Assembly: GCA_029858565.1 (NCBI GenBank)
Contig: JAOUEV010000035.1
Span: 1-37,450 of the forward strand
DNA length: 37,450 bases
From: Nitrospirota bacterium
GTDB taxonomy: Bacteria; Nitrospirota; UBA9217
Direction of reading: 5' to 3'
The position numbers were made by a program, and so were the translations under genes. The notes under the pieces are model-generated. The model saw nothing but the letters and a program-made list of their open reading frames with translations, did not search any database and was not told the origin of the DNA. This document shows, one piece after another, positions 9,967 through 19,852 of this stretch. Numbering within the stretch: the first letter of the stretch is position 1; the number at the start of each line of letters is the position of its first letter.

Positions 9967-11446
9967 AGATCGGCAGCCTCACGGTAAATATCGTTCCCTT
10001 TCCCTCGGTACTTTCCACCTCGATCTCACCGCCGTGCTTTTTTATGATACCATAACTCACCGCAAGGCCCAAACCCGTACCCTTTGATGCCGACTTGGTC
10101 GTGAAAAAGGGATCGAAGATCTTGTGCAGATTGTCCGCCGGGATCCCTTTCCCGGTGTCGCGAAAAAGAATCTCCACATGCTTCCCCGCGGGGCGGGTCT
10201 TCACCTCGATGACTCCGGGCGGAGTGATCGCATGAATGGCGTTCAGGAGGATGTTCAGGACGACCTGGCCGAGCTGTGCGGGATCTGCGTAGACCTCGGG
10301 CAGGTCCGGAGCAAGGTTCATTAACAGATCGATACCCTTGAAAGCCTCCTGGGCAACGAGCGATTCCGCGATCTCGGTCACCGGCTGGTTGATATTGATC
10401 TTCACCGGCTTGATCACGCTCTCACGGCCGAAGTTCAGCAGCTGACGGACGATGGTCCGGGCCCGGTCGGTCTCCTTTACCATGAGCTTGAGCCGTCCAT
10501 GGCGCGGATCTTCGGGCGGGCACTGCTCGAGCATGAGGTTCGAGAAAGTGAGGACCGAGGTCAGCGGATTGTTGATCTCGTGGGCAATACCCGCGGCCAG
10601 TTTTCCGATCAGCGCGAGCTTTTCCGCGTCCACGAGCTGGGCCTGTTTTTCCCGCAATTGTTTGATGATCTCGTCCAGAGCGGTCATGGCCTGGTCCAGT
10701 TTGTCCTCCATCTGATTGAAGGACTCGGCAAGGGAGGCGATCTCATCCTCCCCTTTGACCTCGATGCTTTCCGAGAAATCTCCGCGGCTGATCTTCTTGG
10801 TGATCCGCTCCAGATCCTGGATCGGCGTTACGATGCTGTGGGCCAATTTAACGTTGATGATCGTTCCCAGGACCACGATCAGGCCCAGAGTGATGACCAG
10901 GAGCATTGAGGAAAACTGCAGGATGCGGGCAATGTCGCCACGCTCGGCGCGGGCATTTTCTTCGACATAGACCTGGACCTCCCGGGCCACCATGCGAAGC
11001 TGTTCCATAGCGGCAGGCTCCACGTTCTGTTTCGGCACCGCCTCTCCTCCCGACAAGGACCGTCCGTGTTGCAGCGCCCCGAACCGGGTGCGGACCTCGC
11101 CGAGCTTTCCGATTCGAAGTTCATAGTCCTCGATCAGCCGCATCATCTGTGCCGCGTGATCATCACCGATGTTCCGCCCCACCTCGCGGCTGATCTTGCT
11201 TATGGCGTCCTTCATCACCGTGAGATACTTCCTTATCTCTTCAAGACTGCCGGGATCGCCGTAGAGCAGATAGTTCTTTTCATAGCGCCGGACCTCGAGC
11301 AGGGTGTTGGTGATATCGTCGGCGGCTTCGAGGTGCAACAGATGGGTGCTGATGGTGTTCAGGTCCTTGTAGGCAAGGGCCCCGAACGCAATGGCAAAGA
11401 AGAGATAGAGCCCGAAGCCGAGGAATAGCTTGTCGCGGATCTTCAT
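9959..11446 (-). CDS. Membrane sensor histidine kinase with HAMP domain
   Basis: Two TM segments, HAMP ([14 protein letters not shown]), [28 protein letters not shown]; overlaps the regulator start. Confidence 0.95.
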
Positions 11447-11474
11447 TGGAGGCTATTATAGCGTTTCTTCCCTT

Positions 11475-11511
11475 AAATAGAAAGAGGGGTCCGACAGATG
11501 TCGAACCCCTC
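11475..11511 (-). terminator. Intrinsic terminator after the tauE-usp operon
   Basis: Minus strand GAGGGGTTCGAC-ATCT-GTCGGACCCCTC followed by TTTCTATTT. Confidence 0.65.
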
Positions 11512-11526
11512 CTGGATGCCGCCCGT

Positions 11527-11970
11527 TCAGATCCAGCAAGGCTCCTTCACGACGTGTACACAGCATGGACTATGGCGCACGACACGGCTGGCCGTTCCGC
11601 CCAGCAGGAACCGCGGAGAAGCGGCCGTCCCCTTGCTGCCGATGATAATGAGGTCGATCTTCTCCCGTTCTGCGTAGTTCACGATCTCATAAGCTGTCGA
11701 CTCCGCGGTCGTCAGCACCGAACTCACATCCCTTGCACCGGCGGACCGCAGCGAGTCCGAACCCTTGCGGAGAATATCCTCTCCGCGTTTCTTCATGCTT
11801 TCCAGCAGCCGGTCACGGTCCGACGCGGACAGCTCAAGATCAATGTCCGCGACCGACGGGGTGACATGGATGATATAGGTCTTGGCATTCGCGGTCTTTG
11901 CGAAGTGCGCCGCGATCTTGAGGCTTTCCAGCGAGTGTCGGGACCCGTCAATGGGCACCAGAATCTTCAC
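11527..11970 (-). CDS. Universal stress protein
   Basis: KILVPIDGS, DLIIIGSKG...LLGGTASRVVRHSPCCV (canonical ATP-binding motif); GTG start right after the upstream stop. Confidence 0.92.
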   Translation of the reverse strand: MKILVPIDGSRHSLESLKIAAHFAKTANAKTYIIHVTPSVADIDLELSASDRDRLLESMKKRGEDILRKGSDSLRSAGARDVSSVLTTAESTAYEIVNYAEREKIDLIIIGSKGTAASPRFLLGGTASRVVRHSPCCVHVVKEPCWI

Positions 11971-11971
11971 G

Positions 11972-12688
11972 CTAGACCTCCTTCTTGACCTTTGCCTTCT
12001 TCATGGTGAGACCGATGCCTTCAAAGAGATAGAAGATCGCGAAGCCCCACCACATGGTGTAGGCCACATAGAAGAGGAGGAGGCCGATCATCATTCCCGC
12101 CTTTTCCGACACCTGCTGGCCTTCGATCTGGTAGAAGTTGTACGCAGGTTCGACAGCTTTTTTCATCACATCGGAGACGATCTTCGCCTCGGCGATCTTG
12201 CCCTGTTTCTTAAGCTCCTTGTCCATCCCCTTCAGGATGTTCCACCACGATGTCATGACCTCTTTCTCGTCAGTGGCATAGCGGCCGGACACCTTGGCTC
12301 CTTCGTTCTTGAACATGTCGTCGGAATCGGCCAGCACCTGGGAGAGTACCGTTCCCAGGCTCCCGTTGATCTTGATCTCCGGGCTCGCTGTCTCGGCCTT
12401 GGCGCCTGCCGTGGCCAGGAGCTTGAGAGCCAGCGGATTCATCTGATCCGGCTTGTCCAGCGTGATCACGACCGCTACATCAGTGGTCTTGAACTTCTCG
12501 TTGTTCTTTGCCACCGCAGGAATGAAGTAGGAAGAGCCTTTTGACAGCCTGTTGAACATGTCATCGGCGAACACCAGACCGTTCTTGCCTTCGCCGAAGA
12601 CCGGCGAGAAGATGAGGGCCAGCACGCCGAAGAACGTAACAGCGAGAAACGCACCGATACCCAATGCTTTTGTATTTTTCGCGGCCAT
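11972..12688 (-). CDS. Conserved hypothetical membrane protein associated with TauE
   Basis: N- and C-terminal TM helices, ADDMFNRLSKGSSYFIP, VEPAYNFY, YTMWWGFAI; coupled to tauE. Confidence 0.85.
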   Translation of the reverse strand: MAAKNTKALGIGAFLAVTFFGVLALIFSPVFGEGKNGLVFADDMFNRLSKGSSYFIPAVAKNNEKFKTTDVAVVITLDKPDQMNPLALKLLATAGAKAETASPEIKINGSLGTVLSQVLADSDDMFKNEGAKVSGRYATDEKEVMTSWWNILKGMDKELKKQGKIAEAKIVSDVMKKAVEPAYNFYQIEGQQVSEKAGMMIGLLLFYVAYTMWWGFAIFYLFEGIGLTMKKAKVKKEV

Positions 12689-12691
12689 GAT

Positions 12692-13939
12692 TTATGCCTC
12701 CTCCCTGAGAGCTTTCACGTTCGAAAAGAATTTGCTGAAGATCCAGAGCCCGAAGATCGCCACCACGATCCAGAACACCACGTTCCCGACCATTTCGATG
12801 CCGTTGATCGTTGACTTGGACAGGGAAATGTATTCAAGCTCGACCATCTTCTTGGGCAGCGTGGCAGCCCGGTTGATAAAACCGGCGATGATCGAGACCG
12901 CATAGAATCCGCGGATGTGAATGCCCTTTACCACCTTGGTCGTGAGCGCGCCGACCTGGATACCGATGAGCGAGCCGATCAGCATGCCCATGGCAAGGGT
13001 GTAGAACACATAGCCGTAGATCGCGTACTGGGCGATGGATGCGAGGCCGGCGGTGAAGATGATCTGCAGGATGTCCGTACCGACCGTGGTGGCAGTGGAC
13101 ACGCCGAAGGTGTACACGAACATGGGGAAGGTGATAAAGCCGCCGCCCACACCCATGATCGCCGCCAGGATGCCGACGATAACACCGCCCATTGCGACGA
13201 ACACGCCGGAAATCTTCTTGCCGCCTTCGACATAATCTTCGTCGAACTTGATCATCGGAGGAATGTTCATCTTCTGGAGCTTCAGAGCAAAGTCCGTGGT
13301 GCCTGCAGGTCCGCCGTGGGCATCGCCGCCGGCCGAGCCATGGCGTGACTTCCAGAAATCCATCAAGGCATAGACGCCCAGGAAGCCGAGCAGTATCGCA
13401 TAGACCAGGCTGATGAAGGCTTCGGACAGGATCGGGTCCTTGTCATAGAGCAGCCGGTTGATGGCCCCGCCGATGAAGGTGCCGCCGGCCGAGCCGACGA
13501 GGAAGGCCATCGCAAGCTTGGTGGACACATTGCCAAGCTTCTTGTGTACCGTGGTGCCCATGATAGCTTTGGCAAAGATATGGAACACGTCGGTGCCCAC
13601 TGCCAGGATTCCCTTGACGCCCGCGGCCATCAGCGCCGGAGTGATGATGAATCCGCCGCCCGCGCCGATGCAGCCGGTGATCAGGCCGGCAGCCAGCCCG
13701 ATAGCGATCGATACCATGAAAATATTGGTGGAATAGAACGCCGGAGCGTAAGCCGTTTTTCCGCCGAGCATGTTGCCCGCATCTGCGAACGATACCAGCA
13801 GGATGGGCAGCAGCATGAAAAACAATACCCAAAGCCGCTTCTTGTTCCTGATAATGCTCATTGACACTTCATAATCCCATTTGGCGTGCGCCATGGACGC
13901 CGACTTCATGAACTCATATGTGTTTCGCAATACACCCAT
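12692..13939 (-). CDS. Sulfite exporter TauE/SafE (TSUP) family protein
   Basis: Duplicated GAGGGFI / GVGGGFI and AVGTD / TVGTD motifs, many TM helices; AGGAGG RBS. Confidence 0.92.
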   Translation of the reverse strand: MGVLRNTYEFMKSASMAHAKWDYEVSMSIIRNKKRLWVLFFMLLPILLVSFADAGNMLGGKTAYAPAFYSTNIFMVSIAIGLAAGLITGCIGAGGGFIITPALMAAGVKGILAVGTDVFHIFAKAIMGTTVHKKLGNVSTKLAMAFLVGSAGGTFIGGAINRLLYDKDPILSEAFISLVYAILLGFLGVYALMDFWKSRHGSAGGDAHGGPAGTTDFALKLQKMNIPPMIKFDEDYVEGGKKISGVFVAMGGVIVGILAAIMGVGGGFITFPMFVYTFGVSTATTVGTDILQIIFTAGLASIAQYAIYGYVFYTLAMGMLIGSLIGIQVGALTTKVVKGIHIRGFYAVSIIAGFINRAATLPKKMVELEYISLSKSTINGIEMVGNVVFWIVVAIFGLWIFSKFFSNVKALREEA

Positions 13940-13969
13940 GTTCCTACCTCCTTGTTAGTTGTGCAAATC

Positions 13970-14713
13970 TTATGAGCCGAGCTGTTCCAGCTCGGTCTGC
14001 AGCTTGTATTTCCGGCCGCCGCCCATGATCCTCGTGTAGGCGATCGGCATACCGTCGACGCCCACCAGGAGACGATGGAGCATCAGCATGGACGAGCCGT
14101 TCCCGTCCCGCAGTATGGCCGCGGCATCTCCGGTCATTTCCGAGATCTCTATCATCTGCACGACCTTAAAGATCTTCCGGTCCGCCTGCTGCTGCATCAG
14201 TTCATAGAACGGTGTCTGGCAGACCTCAGCCTCATCGATCCCCGGCGCGGAGTTCATCGGGATGAATGATTCCTCGAGATAGGCCGGCTCCCCGTCCACC
14301 ACCCGCTTGCACAGGATATAGTAGACCGGTTCATCGGTCCGCAGGTGCGTTCGTACATCCTCGGGCGGCTCCTTCACCCCACGGACCAGCAGCTCTTTTT
14401 TCGCGACCACCCCCTCTCCAAAAATGTCCTCGGTCAGCCTTGTCTTCATGGTGATGCCGAGGTCCGGTGTTGTGCTGGTGACAAATGTCCCCTTGCCCTG
14501 TTGTTTTTTCAAATATCCGCTGCGCACCAGTTCCGTGATCGCCATGCGGACCGTTGCCTTGCTGACGTTATAAGCGCGGCACAGCTCGTCTTCTGTCGGG
14601 ATCTGCGAACCTGCTGGCCACTCCTTGCTCTCGATCTTGTCCTTGATGATCCGTTCCATCTGGACGTAGAGCTTCTGTTGACTATCTCTGTTTACGGTCT
14701 TTAGGGTTAGCAT
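13970..14713 (-). CDS. GntR family (HutC/UTRA) transcriptional regulator
   Basis: IPTEDELCRAYNVSKATVRMAITELVRSGYL..QGKGTFV wHTH plus UTRA domain. Confidence 0.93.
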   Translation of the reverse strand: MLTLKTVNRDSQQKLYVQMERIIKDKIESKEWPAGSQIPTEDELCRAYNVSKATVRMAITELVRSGYLKKQQGKGTFVTSTTPDLGITMKTRLTEDIFGEGVVAKKELLVRGVKEPPEDVRTHLRTDEPVYYILCKRVVDGEPAYLEESFIPMNSAPGIDEAEVCQTPFYELMQQQADRKIFKVVQMIEISEMTGDAAAILRDGNGSSMLMLHRLLVGVDGMPIAYTRIMGGGRKYKLQTELEQLGS

Positions 14714-14754
14714 AAGAATATTTCTTCAGGTCGTTATAATGAATAATTCCGGTC

Positions 14755-14801
14755 AAAAAAACCCCGGGACATCTTCTGCTTATGCACATCAAGATATCCC
14801 G
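14755..14801 (-). terminator. Intrinsic terminator-like hairpin between the small ORF and gntR
   Basis: Minus strand stem CGGGATATCTT / AAGATGTCCCG followed by GGG and T7. Confidence 0.55.
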
Positions 14802-14859
14802 CAGGGTCGTGCAGTTGATCGGTCACTATCTCTGCGGACCGATCACGCGGCACAGGGAA

Positions 14860-15006
14860 CTATGCTTCGTTGGTCTTGAGCTGGTTTGCCAGCTCCTGCT
14901 CTGCGCTGTCCTGCATGGAGATCTTCTTTGCTGCATCGTATTCGCCAGCTTCTGCAAAAGTAATGGCAATCATCATGTCTTCGAGCACCTTGATAAGTTT
15001 CTGCAT
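14860..15006 (-). CDS. Small protein (48 aa) with AITFAEAGE motif
   Basis: GGGAGGT RBS before ATG 15006; MQKLIKVLEDMMIAITFAEAGEYDAAKKI; sigma54 promoter upstream. Confidence 0.8.
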   Translation of the reverse strand: MQKLIKVLEDMMIAITFAEAGEYDAAKKISMQDSAEQELANQLKTNEA

Positions 15007-15045
15007 GGCGACCTCCCTTTTTATAAATGCTGGTGCCATTACTAT

Positions 15046-15061
15046 TACAACATGCGTGCCA
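15046..15061 (-). promoter_or_regulatory. sigma54 promoter
   Basis: TGGCAC-GCATG-TTGTA on the minus strand, 40 nt before ATG 15006. Confidence 0.65.
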
Positions 15062-15187
15062 AGTATCAACATGCTGATTAATAATATATAATTTGAATTA
15101 TGTTTATGATGGTGCAGTTATATGTTGCGGTTGTTGTTGAAAGAATTGGATGTAATTGAGGCGGGCGCAGTAAATTGTTGCTAGGGT

Positions 15188-16501
15188 CTATGCTGTGATA
15201 TGGTATTGCTTGATCTTGCGCTGAAGTTGCTGGCGGTAGATACCGAGGATGGTTGCGGCGCGTGATATATTGCCGCCTGATTCCCGGAGAGCTGCGGAGA
15301 TCGTTTCACGCTCGATATGGGAAATAGCGTCCTTGAGCCGCTGGGCAATGGCAGTGGACCTGCCCTTGGTCTCGCGGCTGGGCTGGACTGCACGAAGCGC
15401 CGGCGGCAGATCGGACGGAAGGACCTCCGAGGTGTTCGCAAATGAGATCGCCCGTTCGATGATGTTCTCAAGCTCCCGAACATTGCCCGGATAGTTGTGT
15501 TCCAGGAGGATGCTCAGCGCCTCGCCGCTGATGCATTTGATCATGATATCCTTGCGCTTCGGAGCGTGCTTCTGCACAAAATGCCGGGCCAGCAGGGCCA
15601 CATCCTCGATCCTGTCGCGCAGGGGAGGCAGATGGATATTGATCACGTTCAAGCGGTAGTACAGATCCTCCCGGAAGACATTTCGATGGCATGCGGTCTT
15701 CAGGTCCTTGTTCGTGGCAGTGATGAACCGGAGGTCCACGCGGATCTGACGCATGCCGCCGATGCGCATGATCTCGCCTTCCTGCAGCACCCGGAGCACC
15801 TTGGTCTGGAACAGCGGCGATACGTCGCCGATCTCGTCAAAGAACACCGTGCCGCCGTCTGCCTGCTCAAGCAGTCCTTTTTTCGTGTACTGGGCTCCGG
15901 TAAAGGAACCCTTTTCGAAACCGAAAAGTTCCGATTCCAGCAGGGTGTCTGGAATGGCCGTGCAGTTGATGGTCATGAAGGACTTTTCGTTCCGCGGGCT
16001 CCACCGGTGGATCGCGCGGGCGATCAATTCCTTGCCGGTGCCGCTCTCGCCGGTGATCAGCACATTCGACTCGCTGGCAGCGGCCTTCTTGATCAGCCCG
16101 AAGACCTCCTGCATTGCCGTGCTGTTCCCGATGATCTCGTCAAAGCCGTACTTGTGCGACAGGAGCCTGCGTTTGTGCTTGCCGATCGCCAGGGCGACCG
16201 AGTCCGTGGTGAGCGGCTTTTCAAGGTAATCGCTTGCCCCGAGCTTGAGCGCCTCTACGGCCCTGCCCAGATCAGGACGGGAGAATGCGATTACCGGCAT
16301 GGCGTGACGGGCATCAAGAAGCCGCTCCTGCCAGCCGTCGGTATCCAGGTCAAGGAATGCCGCATCGTGGTTCCCGGAAATCTCCGGAAGCCCCGGCTCA
16401 ATGATCTTCCCGCGGTCCTCGACCTCCGGTGCAAAGCCGGAGGACTTGAAAAGCGTGGCGATCTGCTTCGCCTCATCGGATATGATCAGGATGTTCAACA
16501 T
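15188..16501 (-). CDS. sigma54-dependent activator with atypical receiver domain
   Basis: [27 protein letters not shown], Fis HTH; receiver-like ILIISDE/FLDLD/YLEKP. Start moved to ATG 16501. Confidence 0.93.
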   Translation of the reverse strand: MLNILIISDEAKQIATLFKSSGFAPEVEDRGKIIEPGLPEISGNHDAAFLDLDTDGWQERLLDARHAMPVIAFSRPDLGRAVEALKLGASDYLEKPLTTDSVALAIGKHKRRLLSHKYGFDEIIGNSTAMQEVFGLIKKAAASESNVLITGESGTGKELIARAIHRWSPRNEKSFMTINCTAIPDTLLESELFGFEKGSFTGAQYTKKGLLEQADGGTVFFDEIGDVSPLFQTKVLRVLQEGEIMRIGGMRQIRVDLRFITATNKDLKTACHRNVFREDLYYRLNVINIHLPPLRDRIEDVALLARHFVQKHAPKRKDIMIKCISGEALSILLEHNYPGNVRELENIIERAISFANTSEVLPSDLPPALRAVQPSRETKGRSTAIAQRLKDAISHIERETISAALRESGGNISRAATILGIYRQQLQRKIKQYHITA

Positions 16502-16510
16502 GATTACGTC

Positions 16511-16618
16511 AGCGACGAGCGACAAGTGACAGGAAGTAGACCTGAAGCGAGCTTACCTGGTCTCTTTTTTCCCGTCTTTCATCCCTCGTCCCACTTCTCT
16601 GGTATCTCTTCTCTCGCA
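16511..16618. repeat. Second, more decayed heptamer inverted-repeat array
   Basis: AGCGACG AGCGACA AGTGACA at 16511-16531 with a pyrimidine-rich partner arm (CTCGTC, CTCTTCTCTCG). Confidence 0.45.
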
Positions 16619-16619
16619 A

Positions 16620-17513
16620 CTACTCCCCCTTCACCACCAGTACGGCGCAGTTCGCGAGCACGATCACCCGCTCCGCAACGCTTCCCATGAGCAGGCGGTC
16701 CAGACCTGTGCGCCCGTGGCTGCCGACCACGATGAGGTCCGCTTTTGCGTCCTTTGCGGTCTCGATAATGGCGTCTGCCGGCTTGCCGGTCATCACAAAG
16801 GCCTTGACGTCAATACCTTCCTTCTGCGCGGCGTCCTTCACCGCCTTCGCGTTCTTCTCGGCCGCCTGCATCTCCGCGTCGGCGAGCTTTTCGCGCGAAA
16901 CGCTGGCAAAATCGATATCCGTTGGCGCGGCAAGCTCGGCCGGAACGACCGAAACAACCGTCAGCCTGCATTTGTTCCGCTTGGCAATGCCCAGCGCCTC
17001 TGACGCTGCCGCGACAGAGAACGGGGAACCGTCGGTCGCCACAACAACGCTCTTGAAATCCACCTGGGCGGCCCGGGGGACGACCAGGACATTGCAGGAT
17101 GCGTGACCGATGACCCTGGCCGTGTTGCTGCCCATGACCAGCCGCTTCAGACCTTTTCTGCCGCGCCGGCCCATGATGATCATGGAGGCCTTGGTCTTGG
17201 CTGCCTCATCGGTTATTACCTTGTATGCGTCCTCGCCATCAAAGACCGTGTATTCGCAGGCAACGCCCTCCTTCTTTGCTTGCGCCGCAACCTTCTCGAG
17301 ATTCTGGCGTGCTTCCTTCTCCTGCTTCTCAATGAACTGGGGCGCAAGAGCCTCGAACTCGGCGTTCACTTCCACGACCGATAGGGCGGTTAGTTTGCTC
17401 GAACACTGCTTGGCAAGGCTGATCGCTTCACGAACAGCACCCTCGCTGAACTCGGAACCATCGGTGGTCAATAGCAGTCTCTCGGTGTTAGTTATCGGAT
17501 AGATCTCAGCCAT
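16620..17513 (-). CDS. Universal stress protein, two canonical USP domains
   Basis: TDGSEFS, MGRRGRKGLKRLVMGS, ATDGS, VGSHGRTGLDRLLMGSVAERV; GAGGAGG RBS. Confidence 0.95.
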   Translation of the reverse strand: MAEIYPITNTERLLLTTDGSEFSEGAVREAISLAKQCSSKLTALSVVEVNAEFEALAPQFIEKQEKEARQNLEKVAAQAKKEGVACEYTVFDGEDAYKVITDEAAKTKASMIIMGRRGRKGLKRLVMGSNTARVIGHASCNVLVVPRAAQVDFKSVVVATDGSPFSVAAASEALGIAKRNKCRLTVVSVVPAELAAPTDIDFASVSREKLADAEMQAAEKNAKAVKDAAQKEGIDVKAFVMTGKPADAIIETAKDAKADLIVVGSHGRTGLDRLLMGSVAERVIVLANCAVLVVKGE

Positions 17514-17603
17514 ATCAAAACCTCCTCAGATGTATTGTGAAAAGTAGTTTGTAAATTGACCGCAACAAAATGTAGCAGCAACAACTTTGATGCATCAATT
17601 GCT

Positions 17604-17632
17604 ATCATAGTATGATTTTATGGGACTGTCAA
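17604..17632 (-). promoter_or_regulatory. sigma70 promoter of the usp-activator operon
   Basis: TTGACA-17nt-TATGAT on the minus strand. Confidence 0.65.
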
Positions 17633-17720
17633 TGGCGGAAATGTATAGCAGGTTCTCTAAGGTCGTAACAGACGGGATGTGGGAAAAGACGCGGCAGCAT
17701 TAAGAGATCAACAATGGCTT

Positions 17721-17863
17721 TGTGCCTGAACAGATATATTGTCGACCTATGGAATAATAATTTGTCCGAGTGGCCATATATTTTATCAATAAATACACAA
17801 TTATTGAGATCACTAAGATGCATAAATTGGCGCGGCGTGTTATTGAGGAATCATAGTTTGTCG
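17721..17863. repeat. Tn7-like transposon end with four TnsB-type binding sites
   Basis: Terminal TGT, then 17-mers GAACAGATATATTGTCG (17728), GGAATAATAATTTGTCC (17751), GGCCATATATTTTATCA (17772), GGAATCATAGTTTGTCG (17847). Confidence 0.7.
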
Positions 17864-17992
17864 TACGATGATCTGAATAAACTGCAGATTCCAGGGCAAT
17901 GTACGATCAATAATGGGCGATCCCTTCGCCCTAATCCGCTTAATCCATCAGCTCTACCGATTGATTCCTGCCGCTAGTTAACTTAGGTTTCG

Positions 17993-18022
17993 TTGACATC
18001 TCTCGATAATTAGCCGTATAAT
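17993..18022 (+). promoter_or_regulatory. Consensus sigma70 promoter for the OLD/UvrD pair
   Basis: TTGACA-18nt-TATAAT. Confidence 0.7.
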
Positions 18023-18076
18023 GGCGGCAACGGAAATTAATCCCGGACATACCGACATTCAAACTTCGACGCTTCC

Positions 18077-19846
18077 ATGCAAATCGTAAAGATCGAAATC
18101 CGCAACTTCAGATGTATTCAGCATGCCGTCATCCACCCGGTGAAAAACAGTGTCCTGCTCGGCCCGAACAATATCGGGAAAACGGCTATCCTGGAAGCCA
18201 TAAACCTCGCCTTGAATCCCGAGGCCGGAGCGCGCTGGAAAACCATTGATGAAAATGATTTCTATGAACGCAAGTATCTACCGGACGATGGCGGCGAAGC
18301 TCCGCATATACGAGTCGAACTGGTAATTGCAGGAATGAATGCCACGGATGAGGATGTATTCCGCGAAAACCTAGTGCCATGGAAACCCGAGCAGCAGGAA
18401 GTGATCGAGACGACGGAAGAAGGCGTTGACCCGTTCGCTGATGCGGTTTCCGCTATCCGGGTGTTCTTCGACGGTTGGTATGATGCGGAAGAGGATGAGT
18501 TCAAATCGGGGACCTTCTTCCTGCGCGCCAAGGATCTCAAGCGGGAAGAATGCCCAGCCTTCACCAAGCAGCAAAAGCGCCACATCGGCTTCCTTATCTA
18601 TAGAGATTTTAGAGCGCTCACTCGGCCAATCACGCTAGAGGCCGGCAATCTTTTTAGTACCCTGCTGCTCAGCCAGGAAGTTCGGCCGAAGCATTTCGAG
18701 GAGGCATTAGAAGGCGTTCGGAACGCCCTTGATCCGATGGTGCAAGAATCGGATTTCTCCGCGTTGCTCGCTTCTTACAAAGCGGAAGTGGAGCGTTTCC
18801 TGCCGCTGGCCGGCGATGAGCATCCTAGCTTGCGCTTCGAGCTTACCGATTCAACCCGGGACCAGGTCAAGTCGGCATCCCAGCTTTACGTTTCGTCCGG
18901 GTGCGGCAAACCGATACAAAAGATGGGGGCCGGATCGCGGAGCCTTTCTGTGCTGGCCATACTCACGCTCATCATGCGCCGGAGACAGGGAGGCATCTTA
19001 GCCCTCGAAGAGCCGGAAACATTCCTTTACCCTCACGCCCAGCGACGCGTCATTGATGAATGCTTGTCGCTTGCGTCACAGACGCTCATCACTACACATT
19101 CGCCTTTCGTCCTCGAACGGACGCCAGTCGAAGGCGTGGGGCGAGTGGAAAACCAGGCCGGTCAGGTCAAATGGCGACCCCTGACGACATCGAAGGTGAA
19201 GCAAATCAACCTGTACTCAAAACGGCTGAGGCAGGTTCATTGCGAGGCCTTGATGGGACGGGGCGTGATCGTCGTGGAGGGCGATTCCGACCGATGGTGG
19301 CTGATGGGAGTCAGCAACGCCATGAATAGCCAGGCCTGGAAGGGTCGGAAGCTAGAGGCGTTGGAGCTCCAAGGCATCTCGATAGTTAGCGCCGATACGA
19401 ACGGCGACATCCACAAGCTCTGCCAGTTCTTCTACGATTCAGGCTTGCGGACTATAGCGCTTTTCGACAATACAAGCGACCCTGCTTTTCTGGACGAAGC
19501 CAATACGGCGCCATATCCGAGTATCTTCCTCCAAGCCAGTGGCCTTGAAGAGGTGCTCTCCGAACGTCTTCATGTCGACTTGCTCCGGCAAATGCTTTCC
19601 AAGGCGCCTCACTCGCGGGCGGCATTGCTGGATGAGGCTGCGGCCAGTGGTCTTCCTGAAGCCGAGGTTAGGAATCAGAGCAAGGAGTTCCTGAAGACGA
19701 ATAAGGGATCAGGCCCTTTGCATTTTTGGCTGATCGAACAGGTCGAGGCCACTGGGTTCCCGGATGCTCTTTGCGCCGTATGCGATCTGGCTGCTGCATA
19801 CGCGGCACGCCATGAAGACGTTTACACTTGCACATTATTATGCTGA
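18077..19846 (+). CDS. gajA: OLD-family ATP-dependent nuclease (ABC ATPase + TOPRIM), GajA-like
   Basis: IRNFRCI, Walker A GPNNIGKT, signature MGAGSR, Walker B ALEEPE, TTHSPF, TOPRIM VVEGDSD. Confidence 0.85.
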   Translation: MQIVKIEIRNFRCIQHAVIHPVKNSVLLGPNNIGKTAILEAINLALNPEAGARWKTIDENDFYERKYLPDDGGEAPHIRVELVIAGMNATDEDVFRENLVPWKPEQQEVIETTEEGVDPFADAVSAIRVFFDGWYDAEEDEFKSGTFFLRAKDLKREECPAFTKQQKRHIGFLIYRDFRALTRPITLEAGNLFSTLLLSQEVRPKHFEEALEGVRNALDPMVQESDFSALLASYKAEVERFLPLAGDEHPSLRFELTDSTRDQVKSASQLYVSSGCGKPIQKMGAGSRSLSVLAILTLIMRRRQGGILALEEPETFLYPHAQRRVIDECLSLASQTLITTHSPFVLERTPVEGVGRVENQAGQVKWRPLTTSKVKQINLYSKRLRQVHCEALMGRGVIVVEGDSDRWWLMGVSNAMNSQAWKGRKLEALELQGISIVSADTNGDIHKLCQFFYDSGLRTIALFDNTSDPAFLDEANTAPYPSIFLQASGLEEVLSERLHVDLLRQMLSKAPHSRAALLDEAAASGLPEAEVRNQSKEFLKTNKGSGPLHFWLIEQVEATGFPDALCAVCDLAAAYAARHEDVYTCTLLC

Positions 19847-19852
19847 TCCGTT

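Noticed and set aside
17714-17977. 87-aa ORF (and 17629-17823 minus)
   Set aside because: Runs across the transposon end; no RBS or motifs.
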